A stretch of DNA of 64,000 bases from Felis catus (lineage: Eukaryota). Under the pieces are notes generated by a model. The model made no database searches. It worked only from the letters and a program-made list of their open reading frames with translations, and was not told where the DNA came from. The translations under genes and the position numbers were made by a program. The first letter of the stretch is position 1; every line of letters begins with the position of its first letter. The stretch spans positions 159,962,001-160,026,000 of the forward strand of contig NC_058368.1 in NCBI RefSeq assembly GCF_018350175.1, in the 5' to 3' direction. Of the stretch, positions 26,337-37,760 are shown piece after piece.

Positions 26337-26706
26337 CTCCCCACTATTTTTGTGCCTTATGGCTCATCTCCGAGAGTTACTGTAGACATTGGATGCCAGA
26401 AACCAGTACTGTTTAGACAAAACTTTCCATGTCTTTGTACTTTAATCTCAATGATAACTTAGATCTCAATACATCCACACCAAAGAACTTTCAAATACAG
26501 TTTACAATTTACTTAAAGTTGACTAAGTAATCACCTCCTATCACAGTGACAGATAATATATCCTTAATTATAAACAGCAATTTTCTCAGTCATTCATACA
26601 TTAAGAACTTGATTCTGGTACAATAAATTTCTAGACCATCTCCTTAAACCAGTGGTTCTGACCAGTCTATTCACATGAGCGATTTTCTCTCAGTACATGA
26701 TGCATT

Positions 26707-26829
26707 TGGGGCTCTTGTGTGGCTCAGCTGGTTAAGCATCTGACTCTTGATTTCGGCTCAGGTTATGATCTCAAAGTTGTGAGACCAAGCCCATGTCTGC
26801 CTTCCAGTTGAGCGTGGAGCCTGATTGGG

Positions 26830-26883
<54 letters not shown>

Positions 26884-26963
26884 TCTCTCCCTCCCTCCCC
26901 CGCTGGCACTTATTTGCATGCACACATGTGCTCTCTCTCTCTTCAAATAAACATTTAAAAAAA
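26707..26963 (+). mobile_element. Can-SINE with long (CT)n
   Basis: Head, ~25 CT units and tail. Confidence 0.9.
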
Positions 26964-27529
26964 TACACGTTGCATTTATTCAGCTATACTTCTTTTCTCT
27001 CCTTCCTTCATTTGGGACCAAACGTCAGAGTAAAGAACTGCAAAGGTAGCAGGTCCAACACATCCTCTTTATTAGGAACTTATACTTCTTTATTGGGGGA
27101 CTATGACCTCTGCAAAAACTTTCCTCTCCATCCCACTACTGAATATATACCATTTGTTCTCCCTTTCTTTCCAAACTACATCATTTCTTATCATCAAGAT
27201 TACAAAAGTTGAAGAGCTCCATGAAAACTTTCCCTATAGCCTATTATTTACTCCAGTAATTCCATTTTCTTTCACCTCACTTGTATACCTATATGTTCCA
27301 TGAATTTGAGTATATTCACTTCACTGTGCGTTAATACCTAGCTATTCCATTATCACCTCTAAATCATAATAATCTTTCTTCAAGTTGATTTATAATTTTT
27401 AAATATGGCAAGATACTGAATGATTCCAGATAAATAGCTTCTCCTATATGCACATGAACTTAATATGCATACAAATCTTCTGGGAATCTTGTTAAAATGA
27501 AAATTCTGATTCAGTATATCTGGGACACA

Positions 27530-29035
27530 GGAGAACTTTTAGGGTGAAAAAATCATTCTGTATAGTAATGGGGTGGAGGATAAATGATTCTGTGCATTTG
27601 TCAAAACTCATAAAACTGTACATCACAGAGAAAATGTAATATATGCAAATTAAAAAAAAATCAACCCATGTGACTGACGAACACAGAATGGAATGTAAAC
27701 TGTGCCAAATGAATCTAACTTTATTACAAATTTATGACAACCACACTGAAGGGGGTGGGAGGAAGAAGCTAACTTTAGTAACTTTAGAAAACAGTGTTTT
27801 GACTAGAAACTGTAAAGCTAAATATATTACCAACTGTGTAAATACGATACATAAACACTGTATTCTAGCTGATAATTTTTTTCCTCTGGGAGTATGGCCT
27901 AAAAATTCTGAAACTGCTTTACCTGTATATGAGCTTGAAGTGCATGATGGGATGGTGGATGGTAGGAGCCAGCTTTCTCTCTGAAGGAGATTGAAGTTAT
28001 AAAGGAGCAAGAAAGGAAGGTTAGGATGAATCCTGTAGTACAGAATTAGAGTTGGAGACATCAGTACGAACTCATGTTTACCTTAACATGCATACTGATA
28101 GACACTGAAACTACAGATAGGCAGATATAGGTAGTTTAGTATACATACATATACTACATAGCTCTGTCTGCTTTTTCCACTAAGAGGACCTGGAAGCAGT
28201 GATAACTGCACAGTAACGAGCATACCTAGCACCCAAACCTTGGTTTCTAATACCCTTGTCTCCAACAAAAGGATCCAGAGCTCTTTGGAAAACTGGCTGG
28301 TTCTAGAGCAAAAGGATAGAAGTATGTAACAAGGATACAGTGGCCAACTTGAAAGTCAGTTCCCAATGGGCAAGGCTAGGATAACCTGAGCAATAGAATA
28401 AGTAATTTACTGGATTATAATCCGAAGTATAAAATGAAAGTCCAGGCTCATATAAATGAATGACTGAATAAATCGAAGAGAAGAGTTCTTTACAGAAGAA
28501 TTCTATTTAATATATGTAGATAGTCCCTCCCTGCAGGAGATGGAACTTAATTCCAACCTTCCCCCCAGCCATGTGAGAGACGGTTGGACATATAGTACCT
28601 TGCTTCCAAAGAATACAGTATGGAAGGAAAAAAACAGTAACTTTAACTGGAGAAGTATGGCAAATATTACATTGGCTAAATGATGAAGGTTAACATCATC
28701 AGTAATATCATGTGGCTATTAATGCTTCCCATACTATGTGACTAGAAGAGCACTTCATCTCTGTGATATTCTTTCTAAAAACTGATAACCCCAGTTTACC
28801 CTAATAAAACATCAGAAAAATTTAAATTGGGGGATATTCTACAGGATACCTGGCCAGCACTTATCAAGACTGTTAAGGATATCAAGGAAAGACACAAACT
28901 CTCACAGACCAGAGGATACTGGGGACAGTTGACAACTAAATGCAACATGGTACCCTGGATTGAATCCTGGAACAGAAGTGGCATTGATGGAAAAACCAAT
29001 GAAATCCAAGTAAAGTGTGGAATTTAGTTAGTAGT
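27530..29035 (+). mobile_element. Ancient L1M (L1MC/MD-like) 3' region fragments
   Basis: TGCATTTGTCAAAACTCATAAAACTGTACA and ACAACTAAATGCAACATGGTACCCTGGATTGAATCCTGGAACAG. Confidence 0.65.
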
Positions 29036-30170
29036 TTTTTAAAAAAGATTTTTAAAAATGGCTAAAAATCTGGTTTCCCCTTCTGGAGAGTAGGAATCAT
29101 AATACTGCATACATCACAGGAATTTTATGAGAATGAACTATGATAAATTCATGTAATACACTGTGCACTATGTGCACCATGCCTGCCTCAGTAAGAATAA
29201 GAGCTCAATAATTACTGCATGCCATTAATATTGTTTCAAGAGATATGAAATGTATTCAACCTCTTGCTGGCATGGGCCATGACACCATCTTTTGGGGGTT
29301 CCGGGGGAGGGGGGGGGCAGAATGCATGTGTAATAACAACAAGTTCAGTAACAAAAAAAAAATAGCAAGGCACTGAATGACTCCAGGCAAAAAGCTTCAT
29401 CTACATACATATGAATTTAATACGAACACGTTATCACTTGCGAATCTTGTTAAAATGAAGATGGGGGAAGTCCAAGGTTGTACATTTCAAACAAGCTCCC
29501 AGGTGATGCTACTGGTCCAAGGACCACAACTGGAGCTTTAACTTTTCTATTTATGTATTTTTTTTAATTTTCTGTAAAAAAAGGTAAGAAAAATTTTTCC
29601 ATCTATTCTTTATCTCTTCACCACAAAGAAATACTCTTTATTTTTAAATACAGAACTGTACCAGATATAACCTACCAGTCACCAAGTCCTTAAACAACTA
29701 TGTAAACAGTATAAAAAGGGGCAATTACAAATTAATGTCTGTCTCCACACTATCTCATGCCTATGCAGATAAAAGTAATGTATTTGAAAGTCAAATCATA
29801 TACAGTTGTCTTATCCTTACCAGTTATAAGTAAACACTTTATAGTAATCTAGATTAACAACCATCCTAGGAAACACTATGAAAATTTTAATTCAATACAT
29901 TCTACTTAGAAAGAGAGTAACCTATTGCTAAAGCTCCTGGAAAATGGTTTACTGAATTTTCAAAATGTGAGAAATGATCTTAGATTAAGTAGCACATACA
30001 GAATATTTGAGGAAAGAAAAAACTAACAGGAAAAGATGAAGACAGTATATACAGAGCTGAAAAACAGGGATTAACAGAATATGGCATAAAAGAGCTATAC
30101 TTTCCTGCAAATAATGACATCATGGGAAAATGTTTCTTAGCACAACCTTTTGAAATTTATGAATGAACTG

Positions 30171-30395
30171 AGGGGCTCCTAGGTGGCTCAGTCAGTTAAG
30201 TGCACACCTCGTGATGTCGGCTCAAGTCAAGATCTCAAGGTCAGTGGGATCCAGCCCCATGTGGGGCTCTGCAGTGACACTACAGACCCTGCTTGGGATT
30301 CTTTCTCTTTCTCTCTCTCTCTCTCCCCCTCTCTCTCTGCCCCTCTTCCACTTGCTCTTTCTGTCCCAAAATAAATAAACATTAAAAAAAAAATT
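30171..30395 (+). mobile_element. Can-SINE
   Basis: Head, CT tract and tail. Confidence 0.9.
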
Positions 30396-30681
30396 AAGAA
30401 TGAATTCTTTTTTTAAAACGGAGATAAATGCAAAGAAACTTAGAAAATACCATTTTAACTAGTATTGTCTTTAAAAATTATTCAAATTTACTTAGTGAAA
30501 AAAACTGTTTTGATGCAAGAAAACTTTCTGGAATGTGTGTACATAAATGCAATGTTTCCAAAAATGGTATACCACAATAGTTTTCAACACGACACTAACA
30601 AATAAATATATGGTAAAAAAACCAACATGGCCTGTGTCTAAGTTAACTTTAACTTGGGTGTTCCTTAAATTTAACAGGTCC

Positions 30682-30898
30682 TAGGGGTGCCTAGGTGGCT
30701 CAGTAGGTTAAGCCTCTGACTTTGGCTCAGGTCATGATCTCCAGGTTCTGGAGTTTGGCCCCGCACCGGGCAGGCTCCATGCTGATAGCTCAGAGCCTGG
30801 AGCCTGCTTAGGATTCTGCGTCTCCCTCTTTCTCTGCCCCTCCCCTGTCATGCTCTGTCTCCCTCTTCTTCAAAAATAAATAAACATCAAAAAAAAAA
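30682..30898 (+). mobile_element. Can-SINE with TSD TTAACAGGTCCT
   Basis: TSD at ~30671 and ~30899. Confidence 0.93.
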
Positions 30899-33660
30899 TT
30901 AACAGGTCCTTTAGACTACAGGGCTTCTGAAAGTCTTTTAAAAAGCCTTTTAAGAACTGTGAGTTTCTACAAAAGGAGACTTTCAGTTGCAAACTTTTCA
31001 TTGATAGTATTTCCTACTTAATAGTTATACAAAACACTTTAAAAGTTGAAATCCAAAGAATTTTAAGAGTAAGGTTGATAAAGCTCAACTGCCAGACATA
31101 CATTAAGTGTAAATGCTTAAGACCACTGTAGCACATCACCAACAATTTCCCTCACTCTAAAAATTTTTCAAGAGCATAGTTTGCTAATCAAAGTGACTCA
31201 AATACATAATCAAATTTACATGAACAATTCTAGATTATTAAAAATTTAATCTGCAGGCCAAGGAGAGAAATTCTTCTGAGGATTAAGCATGTAGTAATCA
31301 TCTAAAAATTAGCAAAATGTGACTATATATTTCTGGTCTTCATCCACAAATCTATTTCTGTATTAAATCATCATTCAAGAGAACTTTAAAATAAAAAGTC
31401 TAACTAGGATTTGGAAAACATGGGGGGGGGGGGAGGGACTGTTTTTGTTTTTTTCTCAAATCCACACAGCTGGGAATTGATGCTTTGAAATCTTCCAATA
31501 TCATCTTTAGAAAGCTTAACTTCAGTTATATAATAAACTTTATGCTGAGTTTAAACTGATGTGCAGGTGCATCCTGACCCACATTTCTTAGTAAATAGTT
31601 TCAAAATTGTCAGTTATAGCATAGCCAAAGAGACATCTTCCTGTGTATTCTTCCTCCTTTCAGTCAATGGTCATAGATACCTTTCCACATGACAAGAATA
31701 AAAAAAACTTTCAGTAGAAAGCTAATTATACCAACCAAAATTGTCAAATGGCTACTTGCTTAATTTTATTTCATGAAACAAATGGAACCTCCACAAAGAA
31801 AAAAAAAAAATCTAAAGCACAAGTACATTTAAAACTTCTAGCTAATAAAAATCAAATTTTACCTTAAAAACTATTTACAATGTATATCAACTTTAAAAGC
31901 ACAGCATATTTCTCCTCTTTCAACCCTATATTAATATTCATAGTTACATTTTGTTTCTGCAAGAAATCCCCCTACATATAAATTCATATCCTCACTCTTA
32001 ACTAGGCACAATCTCCCTTCTCTGTACTGCCTTAATATAAAAACTTTTTTTCTGGGGTGAGGGGTGATGGTGACTGAGGGTTGGTAACAATGACACTAGA
32101 GCAAAGGAAAAGGATAGCATAACACCAATAAGGAAGAAAATGAAAGCAAATTAGAAGCAGGTCTCCCTCCTTCTGATAAACACCAAGGCAGTTGCAAGAA
32201 CAAGATAACTTGCTTCCCAGAAGCACATAAAACTTATACACTAGAAATAATGACTCAGAATAATTAGAGAATATGATTTGCAATTATTTTAAATAAGTAT
32301 ACATATAAAAGATTGCTTTAAGTGAATTTGATTTCACAGGGTTTTTTTTTTTTTTTTTCACTTTATACTACCAAATCTGACTTACCACTACTCCTTTTTT
32401 GCTTTGGATATGGCAGCAAAATACATAAAACATGATTGGAGCAATAAGGGCTCACAGCGTAAAAGCACAAGATCTATCTGAATACTCAACTATAAGATTT
32501 ACTCTCACGAGTCTTATTTCCTATTTTGTGAGTAGTTTATTAAATTCCTGGGTATTCTCTAGATATTTCTGTTAACCATTTCATTGCTCACTGATGAATA
32601 GAAGAATGTGGACAAGGTGACTCTTCTAATCACTTAATACAGTCAATACAGCTATAGAGATATGAATCAAAGATGAGATTCACAACTCTTATAATTTAAC
32701 CTCTCAACTCTGGTGATTCTGGAACTCCATTGTCTGATACGTTATTATACTTTGTAAATTAAGTGGTAGGATGAAACTTCAAAATCATTTAAGTCTTTTT
32801 TTTTTACAGTTGAGAAAGAAGTTAACACAGAGTTGTCAACTCAGGTTTTGTAATGTTGATACCATACCTATTCAACTAAATAATGCTGCTTTCCATAACT
32901 GCTCTTTTTTCTCTATGATGTTCTTGTTATCTAAATAGTCTGCCTGTGAAAGCTGATAAACCCTACCTAACATGACCAGAAAATACCAAGTTTCAAGTCA
33001 AATACTTATACCACTGCTTCATTTTCTCATTTTCTATCCAACATTTTTTCTGAAACCCTCCCAACTGCCAAAACTTTCCTGTTTCTTGTCCATCACATTT
33101 CTCCACTACTGTAATTTAACGTTCCAGTTATGTGGTATCCTATGGTACATAAAACATGATGCTAATTATAATAAGCAAATATTGAGTGCTCATTATATCG
33201 GGAACTATTTTAAGACCTGTACATAGAACACCTCACTTATTCTCAATTTTAAATAAAATAAACAATATTGTAATACCCATCTGTAAGTGAAAAACCAAAA
33301 CCTCAGAGGTAACATAATTTTCCCTGATACTGCTAATAAGGAGAACTGGGAAAAGTAATCAGGTAGTCTGACTCTAATGCTCACATTCCTGATCTCTACT
33401 GATAAGTACACATAACTATGTGGGCTGTATCAATGTGCAGATAACTCAAAATTAGGGGGCTACGGAAGAATTTAAAGAGTCTTTGTATTTAAGAGGTTTC
33501 TTACACATTCAAACAGCTTAATATGGCTTATTCCCATTAACTATATCTTCTTTGCAAAGACATGGCCCAAGTTACTCATTCGTATATAATTAAAACTCAA
33601 ATTTAAAAAGAAAATAGAGGAGAAAAAGGGTTGCAACAATACTTTAACAGATGTCCAGAA

Positions 33661-33867
33661 CGGTGTTGCCCAAAAGAACTTTTGCAGTGAGGGAAAGGTT
33701 TTCTATGTGCACAATACACCATGGTAGCCATTAACCACATATGGCTTTAAGCACTTGAACTGTGTTGAGCATGACTGTGTAAATGAATTTTGAATATTCT
33801 GTAATTTTAAATAGTTTAAATTTAAATAGCAATATGTGGCTAGTGGCTCCTATACTGCACAGGACAG
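33661..33867 (+). mobile_element. MER3-like hAT-Charlie MITE
   Basis: AGAACTTTTGCAGTGA...GGTAGCCATTAACCACATATGGC...ATGTGGCTAGTGGCTC. Confidence 0.75.
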
Positions 33868-34245
33868 GTATAGAAAACAAAATCCTGGGAAAAAGTAAGT
33901 AAAGAACTTCTTGCTGCCTTTATTTGGAGAGTGCACTAATAGGCAAATCAATTTAAATGTTTCTTTTTACTTGCTCTAGTTCATTAATTGACCCAAACAA
34001 TATAAACCACCAAAGAGATTTAAGTCACCTAAACTTTCTGTATTTAAATTCTTCTTTGTACATCTCAATGAAAAAAAAAAAATGAAAACCTGTATTATCG
34101 ACAAAGCGTATGAGACACTTTTAACTGTTTGGATAACTAAGAGGAAGAATTTGATCTGAAAACTCTGCCACCTATTAGGAAAACTAAAGAGTCACACAAG
34201 TTTTACATTCTCTTCATAATACATACTTGATAATAAAGTGCTTAC

Positions 34246-34298
34246 CTTGATTCTCCACTACTGTTTCTAACACTTTCTTCATCGCTGTGTCCATTCAT
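34246..34298 (-). CDS. CHD1: CHD1 exon 2 coding part, MNGHSDEESVRNSSGES(S)
   Basis: Manual translation gives the known CHD1 N-terminus; 53 nt; donor AAG|GTAAGC. Confidence 0.97.
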
Positions 34299-34441
34299 TG
34301 TAAATATCAAGAAGTTTTAAAATAAAACACAAATCTTCCCAGTTAAAAAGATGAATACAAATATGAACTCCTTAAACATCAAAAATTCACAGATGAATTC
34401 TTTCCAACATTCACAGGCTTCCTGGGGCCCTTTTGATTCAC
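34299..34441 (-). other. CHD1: CHD1 exon 2, 5' UTR part
   Basis: Acceptor (T)nAG at 34443-34442, continuous with the ATG at 34298. Confidence 0.85.
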
Positions 34442-35789
34442 CTAAAAAAAAAATATTAAGAAAGTTAAGAAAATATCCTGTAGAAAAAAAGATAAATCCA
34501 TCTATTTAGAACTTATACAAACCTACCTAGGCCAATTAAATTAGAGATGATAAGGAAGGAGTAGGAGTCTTTCACTCAAAATGCTTAGGCTTCTACTAAC
34601 TACACTCCTGCCTACTTACTAGAATTTAGCACACTATTGCTTATTTTTGACAGACGAAATTAAAATATTTGTGGAATGACAAAACTTTTAGACTAAAACT
34701 GTGTGCCAATACACATATATACACATTATAGATAAACAGATAACTAAAGCAAAGTGGTAGTACATAACCTATACATACATGTATATGTTTCCCAAGAACC
34801 GAAAATGAAGTCTTAATGGATACTTGGTCAAACAAATGAAGGGGGAAAAACTTAATCAAGCACTAATTCCTATTACCAAGAACTTCTTGTACTTGAGTGA
34901 GAAAAAGTTTTGAAAATGCTCACGTTAAGAACAGAATAAAAGGATATCACCTAATCTTAGCGAAAAATGTATAGGTCAAAACAATTGTGTTCTTTCACAG
35001 GTAAACCGAGAGTGGAGTGATAAAATTTAAATAATATTTATCCAGTTTGGGCTTGCAGAGTTCCATTCAAAAACAACAACAAAAAAGGTAATATACACTA
35101 GGATTATTTAAGAAAAGGGGCTTGGGGTAGAAATCATGAGCCAAGACACAGCATTTCCACCTTTCAAGATTTCAGCACAACAGTGGAGAGTCACCTACAA
35201 GCCATCCACGAATAAACAAAGGAGATCTCTGGCAGGGGAGGGAGAGGAAGAAGCGGGGGAAGGAGACGTCAGATCCTTCCCCAGCCAGAAAGTACCGAGA
35301 CAGGCGACTGAAAGCAGAGCTGTCCGCCGACCTCAGCAAAGAGAATTTACTCCTACGATTATTTCCACTCCACAAAAAAGAGGGGGAAAATATGCTGTTG
35401 CCAACTCAATCAGAGCAAACTCTGCATCTTCATTGGGATTGTAATTCTCCAGAGACTACAGTCCAGTAGACTCTTTGCAAGAACTGGTCATCCAAAAAGT
35501 AACCATTCCACGCAACATTTATTCTTAACGCTAAATATTAATTCCAACTAGTCAAAGAGCTTTACACCATAAAACAATTAGGTCTTAAAAATCTAGCTAC
35601 TTAATAAACCGCCTCTCTTTCTCGAAAGTCTCTCTTCATCGAGAAAGTTCACTCATCTTTTCGTTATTTCCTTTTCACCTTCCTTTCGCCCCTCAAAATG
35701 GCTTTCTCCGTACATTGTAACTTCCTTCCCCCCCCCCCCCCCCCCATCTTCCCTGTCGGAGTAAGTCCTCTTTCTGAGACCCTTCTCAC

Positions 35790-37760
35790 AACCTTAAGTT
35801 TCGAAGCTCCAAGCGCACGCAGCTCCCTGGTGCCTTTCACGCGTCTTAACAATGACTCTTCCCTAAGTGGCTAAACCTCTTCAATCTTCCTTCTCTGCGC
35901 CCCGTCTTTTCACAGTTGCTTCACTCCTGCTAAGTTTTCAAAGCGGTACTCGAAAGGAGGTTGGAAACCTCCCCCCTCCCTCATCTATACTTCGCAGCTT
36001 CGCTTCAAGCAGCCTCCCAACCAGACGCACACGACCCCACTCCAGCCCCGTCCTTCTCTCGGCCTTCATCCCGGTCCCAGAGTCTCTCTTCCCGCCTCAA
36101 ACTTCCCGCAGACCCGCCCCGCGCCCTCCCGGGCTCGCCCGGGCCGCCGCCCCCTCCCCCTCCCCGCCGCTCCCCACGTGCTGGAAGCCCGGGTCGCGGC
36201 GGGACCAACGCACCGGGCAAGTGCTTGCCGCTCGAGCCTTGCAGCTCTCCCCTCGCGGCCCGGCCAGCCCCAAGCCGAGGAGGCCCGGGCTCGACTGCCC
36301 AGCTGCCCGCCCGTCCTGCGCGAGGATGCGCTCCTCGGCGCCGGCCTGCGCTCAGCACTCACACGCCCCCTGTGCTCCGAACCCGTCAGCCACCGCCGGC
36401 CCTCGCAGAGCGGCCCGGCCTTCGCCCGGCGCCCGGCCGCTGGGCCGCCGCCCGGGCACCGCGCCGCCCCCGCCCTCCGCCTGGCCGGCTCCCGTCCTCC
36501 CCGCCACATCCTGACCCGCCCGCCACCCCCTTTCTTACCGGCGGGCGTGCAGGCTTCGCGGGGCGGAGAGAGCCCACTCGGATCAGCGGCCTCCCCCGCG
36601 CCCGGGCCCGCGGTCTCCGCCGCTGAGTGAGTCCTCGGGCTCCGGGCGTCTCGGGGTAAGCCGGAGTCCGCGAGGGGGAGGGGGAAGGGGAAGGACGCGG
36701 AGGGGAAGGGGAAGCCCCGGGCCGCGGCACCAACGCGCGATCCCCTGCGGAGCGGATCCAACAATCAATTCATTATTGAAGCACCAACGGCGAAGGCAGC
36801 AAAACCGAGAAGTAACGAGCCGTCGTCGTCGCCGCGGCCACGCGCGCGCTCCCGCTCCCGCCGCTTATCGGCTCCCGGCAGCCGCCATGACGCCGAGAGA
36901 GCGAGCGCAACCGTCTCCGTCGTAGCCGCCTCCGCCGCCACCACCACCGAGGTCGTCGTCGCCTCCGCCTCCCGCGCGACGTAAGCGCCTCTGCTCACTC
37001 CCCTTCCCCACTCGGCGCGAGGCGGGCCGGCGGGCGAACGGGCGCGCGCACGCCGAACACCTCCGGCTGGCGCGCGGACGGTGGGAGGGGCTACGTTGTG
37101 GAGCCGTGGGGTGTAGAAGGAAAGCTATTGGTGCTGTGCGGGCGGAGAGTGAGGCGCGCACGCTCACGGTTGGGGGCGCGCACGCCGGCCGCGCGGAGGC
37201 CGCAGGACTCTGGACACGGCCGTGGGCTGCTGATCCTTGCTCCGGCGCCCTCCCTTAGAGGCCCGGAATTGAATTCCGGGAAGTGGGAGCTGCAGGCCCG
37301 CTCCGTGCGGGTATGGACGCTGCTGTCACTTGGAACGTTGCGCAAGGACCTCGCGGCGAAGAGACTGAGAAGCTATCTGGGAAGCGGGCGGGGGGAAGGG
37401 GGGCTAGGGAAGTGCTAAAAACCACATTGGGCCTGGGGGTGCAGCGGGAGGGCCGAGGTGGATACGCGGAGGGAGCAGGGTCTTGCGTGGGGTCCGGTTG
37501 CCTAGGCCTCGAATCGCATCTCCCTCGGGCTCCCGGACCAGACAGAGCGCCTGTCCGGAGGGGTGTGGAGGGGCTGTGCGTCACACCAGGCAGCCTGGGA
37601 ACCCAACTGTTGGGCAACTGTGGTCACCTCCCGCCGCCTACTACGCTTAGGCGACCTGCGACACAGGCTCCCTCGGGGTGGGGGGGTGGGGGGTGGCTGT
37701 TGATCCGAACGGGCGGGGCACCTGAGGAGACGGAGAAAAATAGAGACGGGGTTATTGACC
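35790..37760. promoter_or_regulatory. CpG island / CHD1 promoter, probably bidirectional
   Basis: Abrupt GC- and CpG-rich block in AT-rich surroundings, with GC boxes, a CCAAT box (ATTGG ~37126) and three GCGCGCACGC copies. Confidence 0.92.
36539..37010 (-). other. CHD1: CHD1 exon 1 (non-coding 5' UTR exon); 5' end approximate
   Basis: Donor CCG|GTAAGA on the minus strand at 36539/36538, inside the CpG island, 2.1 kb upstream of exon 2. The TSS is inferred, not observed. Confidence 0.7.

Noticed and set aside
27064..27103. Two ~21-bp imperfect tandem units (CTTTATTAGGAACT / CTTTATTGGGGGACT)
   Set aside because: Ordinary short slippage duplication; not an array.
36881..36890. Perfect plus-strand Kozak GCCGCCATG
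   Set aside because: It overlaps the minus-strand uORF start and a YY1-like core; no evidence for a plus-strand coding transcript beginning upstream of it.
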